Counted from the first letter of the stretch, positions 32,562 to 43,575 are shown. The stretch: 64,000 bases of DNA from Promethearchaeota archaeon Loki_b32 (GCA_005223125.1 NJBH01000008.1:32001-96000), one strand, 5' to 3'. A program made the numbers and translations. Notes: a model not told the origin generated them from the letters alone.

Positions 32562-33347
32562 ATGTCTGATTTAAATATTGTAAAATCAAAAGTAAATTAT
32601 AACGCAGTGTGGATATTAGCGAAAAGAGAGTTAATGAGTTTCTGGAGAAACAAATCAAGAGTAATATCATCGATAGCCCAAGGTTTATTATTTCTCTTCG
32701 TATTTGGGGCAGGATTCTCTCGAATTGACATAGTTATTGATGGTAGTAATATTGACTCGAGAGCATTTACCGCTTCAGGAATCGCAGCAATGGTTATCTT
32801 ATTTACGGGCATTTTTGGTGGTATGTCAATTTTTCGAGATAAAATGTTTGGATTCATGAAAGAGTTAATGGTAGCACCAGTAAGTCGCAGAACCCTGATG
32901 TTAGGAAGAACTGTAGGTATTGCTTTACAAACTATGTTACAAGTCCTAATAATCATAGGATTAAGTGTTGCAATAGGATATTTTGGTTATGACCTTAGTT
33001 TAATATGGCGCGTAATGTTGATTTTGCCCGTAGCTTTTTTATCAAGTCTTGGAATCGTAGGGATAGGCTTAACAATAAGTACTCGCTTAAACGACATGCA
33101 ATCTTTTGGATTGATACAAACATTTATAGTAATGCCGATGATGTGGCTTTCGGGAGCCTTAATCCCACTTCCTATACAGATTACAATGTTTAATCCTTTC
33201 ACATATAGTGTGGATCTATTCCGGTTTGTTTTAGTAGGCGTATCGTATTTTCCATTTTGGATTGATATTCTAGTTGCAGCGATCTTTGGAGCAGTTTTAA
33301 TATTAATAGGAGCTCAATCATTTAATAAAATGGAAATAAGCCAATAA
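32562..33347 (+). CDS. ABC-2 type permease
   Basis: AKREL, GFMKELMVAPVSR, NPFTYSVD; about 6 TM. Confidence 0.92.
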   Translation: MSDLNIVKSKVNYNAVWILAKRELMSFWRNKSRVISSIAQGLLFLFVFGAGFSRIDIVIDGSNIDSRAFTASGIAAMVILFTGIFGGMSIFRDKMFGFMKELMVAPVSRRTLMLGRTVGIALQTMLQVLIIIGLSVAIGYFGYDLSLIWRVMLILPVAFLSSLGIVGIGLTISTRLNDMQSFGLIQTFIVMPMMWLSGALIPLPIQITMFNPFTYSVDLFRFVLVGVSYFPFWIDILVAAIFGAVLILIGAQSFNKMEISQ

Positions 33348-33409
33348 TTAATATTCTTTTTATTTAGGATTAGAAATTAATAGCAAAAGTAATAACGGTT
33401 AATTGTAAA

Positions 33410-35176
33410 ATGAATTCTGCTCGAATGATTTTCAAGTACTGGCTAAAATCTAGAAAAATTTTTATTTTAGAATTTATATTTTTATTATTTTCTACAACTT
33501 GCTATACCATCACACCAATCTTTATCGGGAGAATGGTTGGAGGATTAGATCCAAATCTTCCAACAAGTACAAATGTTATAGGGATTGTTTTTAATTTTGC
33601 AATGGTATTAGTATTCGCATCATTACGTTATTTTTTTAATAGGTTTGCTCGACTCAATGGAGCAGAAGTCTCATCAAGAGCAGTCTATTATTTACGTACT
33701 GATATTAGTAATGCAATTTATCGCCAATCTTTTTCTTATTTTGATAAAACTGAAACTGGGCAATTAATTTCCCGAGCTACAAGTGATATTGAAGAAACTC
33801 AACAAATATTTGGTATGGGATTGACCCTAGGTTTGCAATCCATTCTTCAGATTGGTGGAATCATCGTTGGATTTTTTATTTTTAGTATTGAATTATCCTT
33901 TCTTTTAGGAGTAGCTATTTTTCTATCTCTTTTGTTATCATACTATATTGCTAAGAAATTAAAACCAATCTTCTTGGAAACAAGAGAAAGTTTTGGTGAT
34001 TTAACTAACACAATAAGAGAAAATATTGTTGGTGCTCAAGTTGTACGAATTTTTAGTACTCAAAATAAAGAACTTCAAAAGTTTAAAAGAAATAATGAAA
34101 GGTTTTATCGAGCAAGTGTCGATTCTGTAAAATATAATTCATTTTATATGCCATATATTTATGTCATAATGGGTGTTATAACAATTTTTACTTTATTTAT
34201 AGGGGGTATTAGATTTATTAATGGAACAATGAATTTAGACACAATTATTACTTTACTTTCTTATGTTGCAGCTCTAGGATTTCCTTTAATGGCTTTAGGG
34301 CAAATTATGCTAGCTTACATTCAAGCAGATGCCGCTCTTACTCGTGTAAGAGAAGTATTGGAATCTAGTCCGGATATAGAAGATTTACCAGATGCAATGC
34401 AAATTTCAATTTTAAAAGGAGATATTGAATTTGAAAATGTTTCTTTTGGATATACCTCAGATCATAGAATATTAAAGAATATATCATTTTCTATTGCTGC
34501 AGGAAAAAAACTTGCGATTTTAGGTACAACAGGATCAGGTAAATCTACGATCATTAATTTAATCCCTCGTTTTTATGAATTAACTGAGGGAAGTATCAGA
34601 ATTGATCAACGAGATATAAAATATTATTTATTAAAGGACTTACGTAAAAATATTGGCATTGTCTCACAAGAGACCTTTCTTTTTAACAAAAGTATTGCTG
34701 ATAATATTGCCTATGGAAAAGAGGACGCAACAATAGATGAAATAATTAAAGTTGCCAAAATAGCTGATTTGCACGACTTTATTATTCAATTACCGAACGG
34801 ATATGATTCAACCGTAGGAGAAAGAGGGACGCGTTTATCGGGGGGACAAAAACAACGTTTATCTATAGCAAGAGCTCTTTTAATTAAACCTAAAATCTTG
34901 ATTCTTGATGATAGTACAAGTTCGGTTGATGTTGAAACCGAATATAATATACAACAAGCTTTAGCAAAAATAATGAAAGGGATAACAACTATTATTATTA
35001 CACAAAGAATTTCAACTATTAGAGGAGCAGATTGTATTTTAATTTTAGATAGGGGCCGCGTTGTAGGTTTTGGCACTCACAACGATTTAATTAACTCAAA
35101 TGTTTTATATAAACAAATGTATGAAACTTTATATCAAAAACAAATGTCGAAGGTTAAAAAAGGAGAGAGTGTATAA
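33410..35176 (+). CDS. ABC exporter, fused TMD-NBD (degenerate-site half)
   Basis: GTTGSGKST, LSGGQKQR, LDDSTSSVD, ITQR (D for E and Q for H, as in heterodimeric exporters). Confidence 0.93.
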   Translation: MNSARMIFKYWLKSRKIFILEFIFLLFSTTCYTITPIFIGRMVGGLDPNLPTSTNVIGIVFNFAMVLVFASLRYFFNRFARLNGAEVSSRAVYYLRTDISNAIYRQSFSYFDKTETGQLISRATSDIEETQQIFGMGLTLGLQSILQIGGIIVGFFIFSIELSFLLGVAIFLSLLLSYYIAKKLKPIFLETRESFGDLTNTIRENIVGAQVVRIFSTQNKELQKFKRNNERFYRASVDSVKYNSFYMPYIYVIMGVITIFTLFIGGIRFINGTMNLDTIITLLSYVAALGFPLMALGQIMLAYIQADAALTRVREVLESSPDIEDLPDAMQISILKGDIEFENVSFGYTSDHRILKNISFSIAAGKKLAILGTTGSGKSTIINLIPRFYELTEGSIRIDQRDIKYYLLKDLRKNIGIVSQETFLFNKSIADNIAYGKEDATIDEIIKVAKIADLHDFIIQLPNGYDSTVGERGTRLSGGQKQRLSIARALLIKPKILILDDSTSSVDVETEYNIQQALAKIMKGITTIIITQRISTIRGADCILILDRGRVVGFGTHNDLINSNVLYKQMYETLYQKQMSKVKKGESV

Positions 35177-35192
35177 ATAGGAGCTGATAAAA

Positions 35193-37412
35193 ATAAGTAA
35201 AGATGAACATAAAGGTAATGATGAAGAAGAAAAAGAGATTATAAAACCAAGTGCTAGTACACGTCATCGATTTTTGCTAGAAGGGGATAAATCGCCTTTA
35301 AATCATCCAAGAAAAGTATTATGGAGTTGGTTAATATCATATTTAAAGCCAATGAAATTGAAATTCTTGCTTTATTTTCTCTTTCTTTTAATAGGAACAA
35401 TTATCACAGCTCTAAGTCCTATTTTTTCAGCGAATATCATTGATAGAGGTATTGTCTTGAGGGATTTTTATTATATTAATATAATGAGTTCATTATATCT
35501 TTCATTAATCATTATTATGGCCATAACTAGTTATATTGCCCAGTATGGGATGGGAAAAATTTCTCAAAAAGTAACTTTACAAATTAGAAATGACCTTTTT
35601 TACAAATTACAGGATATGTCTTTAGGGTATTTTGATCAAAGATCTTCAGGAGAAATAATATCTATTATGACTAACGATGTTACATTACTAAATCAATTAG
35701 TAGGAGGTCAATTTGTGCAAATATTAACAAGTGCTGTTTCAATTGGATTAACCGTTGTTTTCATGTTTTTACTCAATCCTTTTTTAGCTTTAATCAGTTT
35801 AGTCATTTTTCCTTTTTTTTTCACAATTACTCACTTTTTCAAAAAAGTTGCCATTAGGTTATTTAAACAATCTAGAAAAACAATAGGAAAGGTAACTTCT
35901 TCAATCCAAGAGAATATTGAGGGTGCAAAAGTAGTTCAAGCATACGGTCAAGAAAAACGAGCATCAACTGAATTTGATCAAGCTAATACCGCAAATTATA
36001 ATATAATGGTTAAAATCCGAAAATATATGGCAACAATATTTCCTTTGATTACTCTCGTTACTACTATTCTTACCGCATGCATTTTATTAGCAGGAGGGTT
36101 TGTATCGTTAGGGAACGTCTCGATTTTTGGATTTACAGTAACTGTAGGTGTTCTTAGTGCCTTTATCACGATTTTGGGCCAGTTTTTTCGCCCTTTTATG
36201 TCAATAATGCAGATTCAGCAGATTATTGAGTCATCAATGGCAGCTAGTGATCGAATCTATACTTTATTAGAAGAAGAAGTTGAAATTCCAGATTCAGTTA
36301 ATCCAGAGATATTTAATCAAATAAACGGTGCGATAGAATTTAACAATATTAGTTTTGGATATTCATTCAATAACAATAATGGTAATAAAAAAGCAACTAA
36401 AGAAAAATCTTTATTTAAACATACGAAATTAAATAATGCTTTGCCACCAGAAACTATACTAAAAATGGTTAAAGTTTTGGAACGCTCTCTTCAGTCTAAG
36501 ACAGGTTTTCAACAGAGTACTGGAATGGGAGGTGGTGGAAATGGATTGATGGGTGGTGATATGAAGCAATCGTCACCTCAATCAATACTGCAAATGCTAG
36601 CAAATATATCTCTCCCTCCTGAGATTATGGATGTTATTCCAAAAATTGTAAAAGATGCTATTGACGAACAAAAAGTACTTATTCAACATAAAAAATCTAA
36701 GGGTTTTGTCTTAAAGGATCTTTATTTAAACGTATCTCCTGGTACCACTCTTGCAATTGTAGGAGAGACAGGAGCAGGAAAGACTACATTGATTAAATTA
36801 ATTGCCCATTTCTATGATATTAGTGAAGGAGAGATCCTTATTGATGGGATTGACATTGGAAAAGTTCGTAAAAAAGATTTGAGAGATAAAATAGGTATTG
36901 TCCCACAAGATGCATTTCTTTTTACAGGAACTATTCGTGAAAATCTTCTATATGCTTATGATAATTATACTCCAGAACTAGAGGAAAAGATGATTCAAGT
37001 CTCAAAATTTTTAGGATTACATAATTTTATTGATACTTTGCATAAGAAATATGATACAAAACTAAAAGAAAATGGCAGTAATATCTCAATCGGACAAAGA
37101 CAATTAATTGCCTTTGCTCGAGCTTTGATAACTGATCCAAAGATTCTAGTTCTAGATGAGGCAACATCTTCAGTGGATCCTTATACAGAAACATTGATTC
37201 AAGATGCGTTAAACAAGGCGCGTAAAGGCCGTACAACAATAATTATTGCTCATCGTCTTTCAACAATTAAAAACGCTGATCTTATAATTGTTTTAAATGC
37301 TGACGAGAAAGGAATAATAGAACAAGGGGACCATGAAAGTTTATTAGCTTTAAACGGTAAATATAAACGTCTTTTAGAAATGCAACGCCGAGATATTGAA
37401 ATTAGTGATTGA
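35193..37412 (+). CDS. ABC exporter, fused TMD-NBD (partner half) with Met/Gly-rich insert
   Basis: GETGAGKTT, ISIGQRQ, LDEATSSVD, IAHR; frame is open from 35181 and the start is uncertain (ATA 35193 after an SD, or TTG 35274). Confidence 0.88.
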   Translation: MSKDEHKGNDEEEKEIIKPSASTRHRFLLEGDKSPLNHPRKVLWSWLISYLKPMKLKFLLYFLFLLIGTIITALSPIFSANIIDRGIVLRDFYYINIMSSLYLSLIIIMAITSYIAQYGMGKISQKVTLQIRNDLFYKLQDMSLGYFDQRSSGEIISIMTNDVTLLNQLVGGQFVQILTSAVSIGLTVVFMFLLNPFLALISLVIFPFFFTITHFFKKVAIRLFKQSRKTIGKVTSSIQENIEGAKVVQAYGQEKRASTEFDQANTANYNIMVKIRKYMATIFPLITLVTTILTACILLAGGFVSLGNVSIFGFTVTVGVLSAFITILGQFFRPFMSIMQIQQIIESSMAASDRIYTLLEEEVEIPDSVNPEIFNQINGAIEFNNISFGYSFNNNNGNKKATKEKSLFKHTKLNNALPPETILKMVKVLERSLQSKTGFQQSTGMGGGGNGLMGGDMKQSSPQSILQMLANISLPPEIMDVIPKIVKDAIDEQKVLIQHKKSKGFVLKDLYLNVSPGTTLAIVGETGAGKTTLIKLIAHFYDISEGEILIDGIDIGKVRKKDLRDKIGIVPQDAFLFTGTIRENLLYAYDNYTPELEEKMIQVSKFLGLHNFIDTLHKKYDTKLKENGSNISIGQRQLIAFARALITDPKILVLDEATSSVDPYTETLIQDALNKARKGRTTIIIAHRLSTIKNADLIIVLNADEKGIIEQGDHESLLALNGKYKRLLEMQRRDIEISD

Positions 37413-37509
37413 ATGCTAATTTCTTAATATTTTATGTACTTTATCTTTAGAATTTTTAATAAATCTAAATTAGAATCTTTCTTTTAATCTATATCATAAA
37501 TTATTAAAT

Positions 37510-38313
37510 TTGGTGATTAAAATTCCATATTTCGAATATTCAGGAAAACAAATTTTTTACCAGATTAAAGATAATAATTCTCAAAACACGCTTGTTTTTA
37601 TACATGGGGCAGGAGAAAATTCAAATATTTGGGAGAATCAATTTTATTTAAATATAGAATATAATATTATTGCAATTGATTTACCTTCTCATAATAAATC
37701 TAACTCATTTCCAGAATTATCTTTGGATTTATATGTCGACGTTGTTAAGAAGCTCGTTGATTCACTGAAACCTAAAAATCTAATTTTAGGGGGACATTCT
37801 ATGGGAGGAGTTGTTATACAGGAATATTATTTTAGATATCCAAATGATGTCACTGCTTTAATTCTTTGCTCAACAGGAGGCAAAATGCGAGTAGGTCAAT
37901 TAATCTTTAATTCAATAAAACCTAATTACCAAGAGTATTTGAACTATTTAAAAGTAGGATTTTTCTATAAGAAAACTTCTAAAAAATTAATTGAAAACGT
38001 GATTTTGGAGACTTCTCAAATAGATCCAGATGTGACTTATAGGGATTTTAAAATTTGTGATGCTTTTGATACATTAGATAAAACAAGTTCCATTGAAATC
38101 CCATGCTTAATTATTTGCGGGAAGGCCGATCAACTCACACCTGTAAAATATTCACAATTTTTTCATGATAAAATCATTAACTCAAAACTATGTATTATTG
38201 AGAAAGCAGGTCATGGTGTTATGTTAGAAAAACCAAGGGAAGTAAATACTGCAATCGAGAGTTTTATTAATATAGAGAGTTTCATTGATAATTATTTAGA
38301 GAATAATGATTAG
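37510..38313 (+). CDS. alpha/beta hydrolase
   Basis: FIHGAG, GHSMGG, GKADQLTP, AGHGVMLE. Confidence 0.93.
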   Translation: MVIKIPYFEYSGKQIFYQIKDNNSQNTLVFIHGAGENSNIWENQFYLNIEYNIIAIDLPSHNKSNSFPELSLDLYVDVVKKLVDSLKPKNLILGGHSMGGVVIQEYYFRYPNDVTALILCSTGGKMRVGQLIFNSIKPNYQEYLNYLKVGFFYKKTSKKLIENVILETSQIDPDVTYRDFKICDAFDTLDKTSSIEIPCLIICGKADQLTPVKYSQFFHDKIINSKLCIIEKAGHGVMLEKPREVNTAIESFINIESFIDNYLENND

Positions 38314-38332
38314 ATGCTAGGAAATTTAGTAT

Positions 38333-38545
38333 CTATTTCCTTCCAATTCCAAAAAGATGGCCTTTATGTAGAAATGCTTTGGTTATTTTCGCACCAGCAT
38401 CAAGTAATTCCTGCTTACATTCTTCCTCTGTATAAAACTCTATCTCCTTGTAAATATAGTTCACCCATTTAATAAATGGATTTAAAATTCCATGGTTAAT
38501 ATCTGGTATTGGTACAAATCCATGAATAATCACAATTCCATTTAT
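38333..38545 (-). pseudogene. C-terminal remnant of a class I SAM methyltransferase
   Basis: NGIVIIHGF...FYTEEECKQELLDAG; no N-terminal SAM-binding half upstream. Confidence 0.4.
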
Positions 38546-38658
38546 TTAATGGATGTGTGAAATAAAATAGAATCCTTATTAAGATATAATAGAAGCTTTT
38601 AATTTTATTATTTATATAAATTTTATTTAATAAGTAAAAATTCTATTTACTTTTAGGT

Positions 38659-39456
38659 ATGCGCGAATATACATATGGTCCATTTCAATCAAGGCGATTA
38701 GGACTTTCGCTTGGTGTAAATGTTTTAGCTAACTATAAGTTGTGTACATTCAATTGCGTATATTGTGAAATTGGTTTAACTGAAAAAAATAATTTAGTTT
38801 CTCCTAAGCATAGGATAAATTTGCCACCATCACCACATTTTAATAAAGAGTTAAAATCTATTTTAAGATATGTTCCACATTTAAACTCGATCACATTTGG
38901 CTATAACGGAGAACCTACTCTGAATGAAAATCTATTAGATTTCTTAAAAATTGCTACGATTGTGAGAAAAGAACTAGATTGGATAGGTGAAAAACCAATT
39001 CTTACATTATTTACAAATTCAAGTACATTATATTTCGATGAGATTAGAGAGAGAGTTAACAAATTTGAGTTAGTATTAGCAAAATTCGATGTTGCAAATG
39101 ATCAGGATTTTGAGAGAACAAATCGTCCACATTATGAAACACAAAGTATAGAATCTATAATTGAGTCTTTAATAAAATTGAAAAGAGAAATGCCTAAAGA
39201 ACATAAATTAGCGATTCAAAGTTTAATCTTTAATTCATATAAAAAAGATTTTATTTCAAATAATAATTCCAGAAATGTTCTCGATTTGGCGTATGCTTTA
39301 AAAAGGATAAAACCGGACATTGTGCAAATTTATTCTAATGCAAGAATTCCCGCTGAATATTTTGTTTTCGCTATTGACGACGAAAGGAAAAGAGAGATCG
39401 CATCGATCTTTAAAGAGATAATCGATAATGAAAAAACTGAAATATTAATTTATTAA
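38659..39456 (+). CDS. radical SAM Fe-S oxidoreductase (COG0731-like)
   Basis: YGPFQSRRLGLSLGVN, CTFNCVYC, GEPTL. Confidence 0.9.
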   Translation: MREYTYGPFQSRRLGLSLGVNVLANYKLCTFNCVYCEIGLTEKNNLVSPKHRINLPPSPHFNKELKSILRYVPHLNSITFGYNGEPTLNENLLDFLKIATIVRKELDWIGEKPILTLFTNSSTLYFDEIRERVNKFELVLAKFDVANDQDFERTNRPHYETQSIESIIESLIKLKREMPKEHKLAIQSLIFNSYKKDFISNNNSRNVLDLAYALKRIKPDIVQIYSNARIPAEYFVFAIDDERKREIASIFKEIIDNEKTEILIY

Positions 39457-39561
39457 TTCATAGAAAGACTTTTATTTCTATAATAATATTTTGAAGTATT
39501 CGAAATCTTAATATTATTCAGAGGTTAAGGAAAACACAGAAAAATTGAATGTGAGATAATA

Positions 39562-40566
39562 GTGGATGAAAAATTTATTGCTGGAGTAGATATTGGAGGT
39601 ACTTGGGTTCGAGTTGCTATCTGTACAGCAGATTTAAATGAAAAAAATATTAAAAAAAGAATTACAGCAACATTAAAGGAAAATGAATATTCAATTAGTA
39701 ATTCAGTATGCCAAATTTTATCGGAGTTACTATCTGAAAACAATATTACAAAAGAACAGATTTTAGGAATAGGGATTGCTACCGCAGGTCCTTTAAACAT
39801 GGAAAAAGGAGAGGTTTTTAATAATGCTAATCTCGGATTTAGAGTAATTCCCCTAAAAGAACCAATTAAAGAGAAATTTCCTGAAAATCCTGTATATTTT
39901 ATTAATGATTGTAATGGGAGTGTTTTAGGTGTACATTTCTTTGAAGCCGAAGACTATGAGAAAGACAATTTAGTATATATAACTATGTCTACTGGTGTTG
40001 GAGGAGGCGTTATTTGTAATGGACATTTATTATTAGGAAAAGAAGGGAATGCAGCAGAAATAGGACACACATTAGTTGAACCAAAAAGTAAAGCTCAGTG
40101 CAATTGTGGTGCGCATGGGTGCTGGGAAGCTTTTAGTTCTGGAACAGGTGTTCGAAACAGAGCATTAGATGCATTACGAGAAGGAAAACTTAATGCAGGT
40201 ATATTGATGAGCATTGTAGAAAAAGATAAATCGAGGATAACAGCTAAAGAGATTTTTCAAGCTGCAAGAGAAGGCGATGAATTATCTAAAAAGATAGTTA
40301 ATTATTGTGTTTTCTATACCAAAGTAGGAGTTGGTATAGTAAATAATTATTATGATTGTACATCTATTTATTTTGGAGGAGCAATGATGAAAGATAAAGA
40401 ACAGATAATTCCTCAAATAATTAGACAATTTGAGAGAGATCCCATTAAATTTACAAGCAATCATCCCCCAAAAATAAAATTAACAAAATATAAGGATGAA
40501 ATTGGATTAAGAGGTGCTTTAGCTCTCGTTAAATACAAAATTGAAAACAATATAATAATTTCCTAA
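39562..40566 (+). CDS. ROK-family sugar kinase
   Basis: GVDIGGT, NDCN, STGVGGG, AEIGH, CNCGAHGCWE. Confidence 0.95.
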   Translation: MDEKFIAGVDIGGTWVRVAICTADLNEKNIKKRITATLKENEYSISNSVCQILSELLSENNITKEQILGIGIATAGPLNMEKGEVFNNANLGFRVIPLKEPIKEKFPENPVYFINDCNGSVLGVHFFEAEDYEKDNLVYITMSTGVGGGVICNGHLLLGKEGNAAEIGHTLVEPKSKAQCNCGAHGCWEAFSSGTGVRNRALDALREGKLNAGILMSIVEKDKSRITAKEIFQAAREGDELSKKIVNYCVFYTKVGVGIVNNYYDCTSIYFGGAMMKDKEQIIPQIIRQFERDPIKFTSNHPPKIKLTKYKDEIGLRGALALVKYKIENNIIIS

Positions 40567-40582
40567 TTAAGACAGAAATAAG

Positions 40583-42013
40583 ATGGAAGTAAGGAACTTA
40601 ATCTTTACATTGAGTGGAATTAGAGGATTAGCCAATAAAGACCTTAATTTTAATACCGTTAAAAAAATCGCAATCGCCTATGGGGAATGGTTTAACAATA
40701 AAGATAGGAAAATTATCATAGGTCGAGATACTAGACCAAGCGGGACCCTTATTGAACGAGCAATAATTGAGGGCCTAATTATATCAGGTTTTAAAATAGT
40801 AAATCTGGGAATATGCCCTACACCAGTAATTATTCATACTAAAAACAAATTAAATTTGCACGGAGGCATCATTATAACTGGCTCTCATAACCCTCAAGAA
40901 TGGAATGGGTTAAAACTACTATCTACTAAAACATTTTTAGATAATAATGATTTAGAAATTATCTCCAACCATTTAAAAACTATTGATTTGAATTCTTATA
41001 AAACTGCACTATCAGATTCAGAAAACAGTGTAAAAAGTCTGAATCCTATTACAAATTATGTTCAAGATTTGCTTAATTATATTGATTACAGAGAAGTAAA
41101 GAGCCATAATAATCTCAAGATAGTTATTGATACAGGAGCAGGAGCCGGGAAATTAGTAACACCTAAAGTTTTAAGCGAATTGGGATGTGATATAAAACTT
41201 ATTAACGATGAGTTACTTGTAAATGAAGACTTTCCACGAGAAATTGAACCCATAAAGCGTAACCTCACAGATTTGATAATGGAAGTATGGCAAGGGAAGT
41301 ATGATATTGGATTTGCTCATGATACAGATGCAGATAGGTTAGCAATTATTGGAGAAAATGGAGTTTGTTACCCAGAAGATATTGGATTAGCGCTAATTAC
41401 AGAATATTATTTAAAAAACCAAGAAGATAGTAATAAAGAAATAAGTTTTGTAACTAATTTGGCATCTTCATTAAGGTTTGAAGCGATTGCTGAAAAATAT
41501 AATGCTAAGGTTATTAGAACCCCCATAGGAGAGAGATTTCTTACCCAAGAAATGGATAATTTATTATTGAAATCATCAAAGAACCAACTAGTTTTTGGTG
41601 GAGAGGGGTCATGTGGAGGTTTTATGTTTCCATATTTCAACAATACGAGAGATGGAATTTTTGCTGCAGCAAAAATAGTAGAAATTTTGGTGAAAACAGG
41701 AGAAAAAGTATCTAATTTAGTAGCAGAATTACCTAAATATTATTCACATCGAATAAAAATTAATATTAAAAATTTAGATCCCAATTTAATTATTAACAAA
41801 TTAAAAAATGAGTTGATTAATGAAGGGGAACATGTAGAGCAAATTAATAATGATCTTAGATTTGGTCAAGGAAAAGATTGGTTTGTTCTCATTCATCCCT
41901 CAAATACAGAGTCAGTAATTAGGATTATAAGTGAAGCAAAAAGGGAATCACTAGCAAGAGTTTATTGTGAAGCAACATCTGAACTTGTGAAACTAGTGAT
42001 CGATAGCATGTAA
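40583..42013 (+). CDS. phosphohexomutase (PGM/PMM/GlmM family)
   Basis: GRDTR, TGSHNP, DTDADR, GGEGS. Confidence 0.93.
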   Translation: MEVRNLIFTLSGIRGLANKDLNFNTVKKIAIAYGEWFNNKDRKIIIGRDTRPSGTLIERAIIEGLIISGFKIVNLGICPTPVIIHTKNKLNLHGGIIITGSHNPQEWNGLKLLSTKTFLDNNDLEIISNHLKTIDLNSYKTALSDSENSVKSLNPITNYVQDLLNYIDYREVKSHNNLKIVIDTGAGAGKLVTPKVLSELGCDIKLINDELLVNEDFPREIEPIKRNLTDLIMEVWQGKYDIGFAHDTDADRLAIIGENGVCYPEDIGLALITEYYLKNQEDSNKEISFVTNLASSLRFEAIAEKYNAKVIRTPIGERFLTQEMDNLLLKSSKNQLVFGGEGSCGGFMFPYFNNTRDGIFAAAKIVEILVKTGEKVSNLVAELPKYYSHRIKINIKNLDPNLIINKLKNELINEGEHVEQINNDLRFGQGKDWFVLIHPSNTESVIRIISEAKRESLARVYCEATSELVKLVIDSM

Positions 42014-42207
42014 TAGGGTTTTAGTTTTTTTTTAAACTTGGAATGTACTAAAACTTCTCCTTTTAATTTTAAATTTAGTTGATTATTTTAGAATATCATT
42101 TAGTAATAGACCAATAGGGTTAAAACTTTACAATGTTTTAAAAAGATTTAATAGACCTTGAAGCATAATAGTATACATTAAAAAAAAAAATTAGTAGGGA
42201 CGATATT

Positions 42208-43506
42208 ATGGTAAATCGTAAACTTTTAGGATTAGTTATAGCTATTACTGTTGGAGTGGCAGGTTTGAGCATTGGTATATATTATATAATGACTTTAGAT
42301 TCTAAGACTCCTAGTTTATTTCAAACTGAATGGTCTCAAACATGGGGAGGCTCTTCTAGTGAAAATGTCTACGCAATGTATTTGGATTCGATGGATGATG
42401 TTCATCTTATAGGAACCACAGATAATTCAACTAAGAGATGCTTTTTGAAATATAATAGTTCGGGTATATTACAAATGTATAATCTAAGCTCAGGATATAT
42501 AAGTTCCGTAGCACATGAGGGTTTGAATTCTTATATTACGGAAGAAGATGTTGTTTATACAGAATTAGGGCCCATATATTCAACGGATTTATATAAATAT
42601 AATAATTCCGGTGGAATAATATGGAGTATAACAGATTTAAAAGAAGGGAGAGCAATATCTGATGTATTTGGTAATGTTTATCTTTCAGTTCAAAGTAATC
42701 ATAAAGTAATTATGGTAAAATTTAATAGTTCAGGAGATCTGCAATGGAATATTACCTGGAATTTAGTTAATTTTATTCATTCTTCCCAAAAGATAACTGA
42801 TTCAATAGGAAATTTTTATTTGGCTGGAGAAATAGATGTTTTTACAGACCCTTTTAATATATATCTAACTAAATTTAATAGTGCAGGAGATATGCAATGG
42901 ATACGAGCTTGGGGGGGGGGGGAAGACAATGTGGATTATCTTTACCAGATTGGAATAGATTCATTAGATAATATTTATCTTTCAGGAATGACTTTTGGAG
43001 TAAATGAATTATATTTAGTGAAGTACAATAGTGAAGGCACCTGGCAGTGGGAATACATTTGGAGTGCAGCAGATGATAGTGATGAACTAACTGCTATTCA
43101 TTTTGATTCATCCAATAATATATATATTACAGGAAGGAGAGGTGCACCCTCATCATGCGATGTTTCACTTATTAAAGTGAATGATTCAGGTAGCCTTCAA
43201 TGGATTCAATCATGGGGCGGAAGTGAGCATGAGGACCCTAGTATATTAACATTCGATTCTGAAGATAATGTATACGTCGGTGGAAGAACGACAAGTTTTG
43301 GCTCTGGATTGTATGACATTTTCTTGCTTAAATATAATTCAGCTGGAGATTTTGAAGGTGATTATATATGGGGTGGAAATGATATGGAAACTCTTAGAGG
43401 AGTGGTGCTAGATACTTCAGATAATATTTATTTAACAGGCACAACATCAAGTTTTGGAGCAGGACTAACCGATATTTTCTTAATAAAACTTACTGAAGAT
43501 GCTTGA
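42208..43506 (+). CDS. membrane-anchored SBBP-repeat beta-propeller protein
   Basis: N-terminal TM; repeated DSxxNIYxxG...DIFLxKYNSxG...WGG; G12 tract at 42911-42922. Confidence 0.88.
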   Translation: MVNRKLLGLVIAITVGVAGLSIGIYYIMTLDSKTPSLFQTEWSQTWGGSSSENVYAMYLDSMDDVHLIGTTDNSTKRCFLKYNSSGILQMYNLSSGYISSVAHEGLNSYITEEDVVYTELGPIYSTDLYKYNNSGGIIWSITDLKEGRAISDVFGNVYLSVQSNHKVIMVKFNSSGDLQWNITWNLVNFIHSSQKITDSIGNFYLAGEIDVFTDPFNIYLTKFNSAGDMQWIRAWGGGEDNVDYLYQIGIDSLDNIYLSGMTFGVNELYLVKYNSEGTWQWEYIWSAADDSDELTAIHFDSSNNIYITGRRGAPSSCDVSLIKVNDSGSLQWIQSWGGSEHEDPSILTFDSEDNVYVGGRTTSFGSGLYDIFLLKYNSAGDFEGDYIWGGNDMETLRGVVLDTSDNIYLTGTTSSFGAGLTDIFLIKLTEDA

Positions 43507-43523
43507 GCCTAAGTAATTTATTT

Positions 43524-43575
43524 TTTTATTTTTTTTATAATTTTTTCTGCTAACACTAACTCTGATAATTCTTTT
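43524..43575 (-). pseudogene. duplicated fragment of the uvrC 3' end
   Basis: Matches 45272-45332 except for a 9-bp deletion. Confidence 0.7.
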
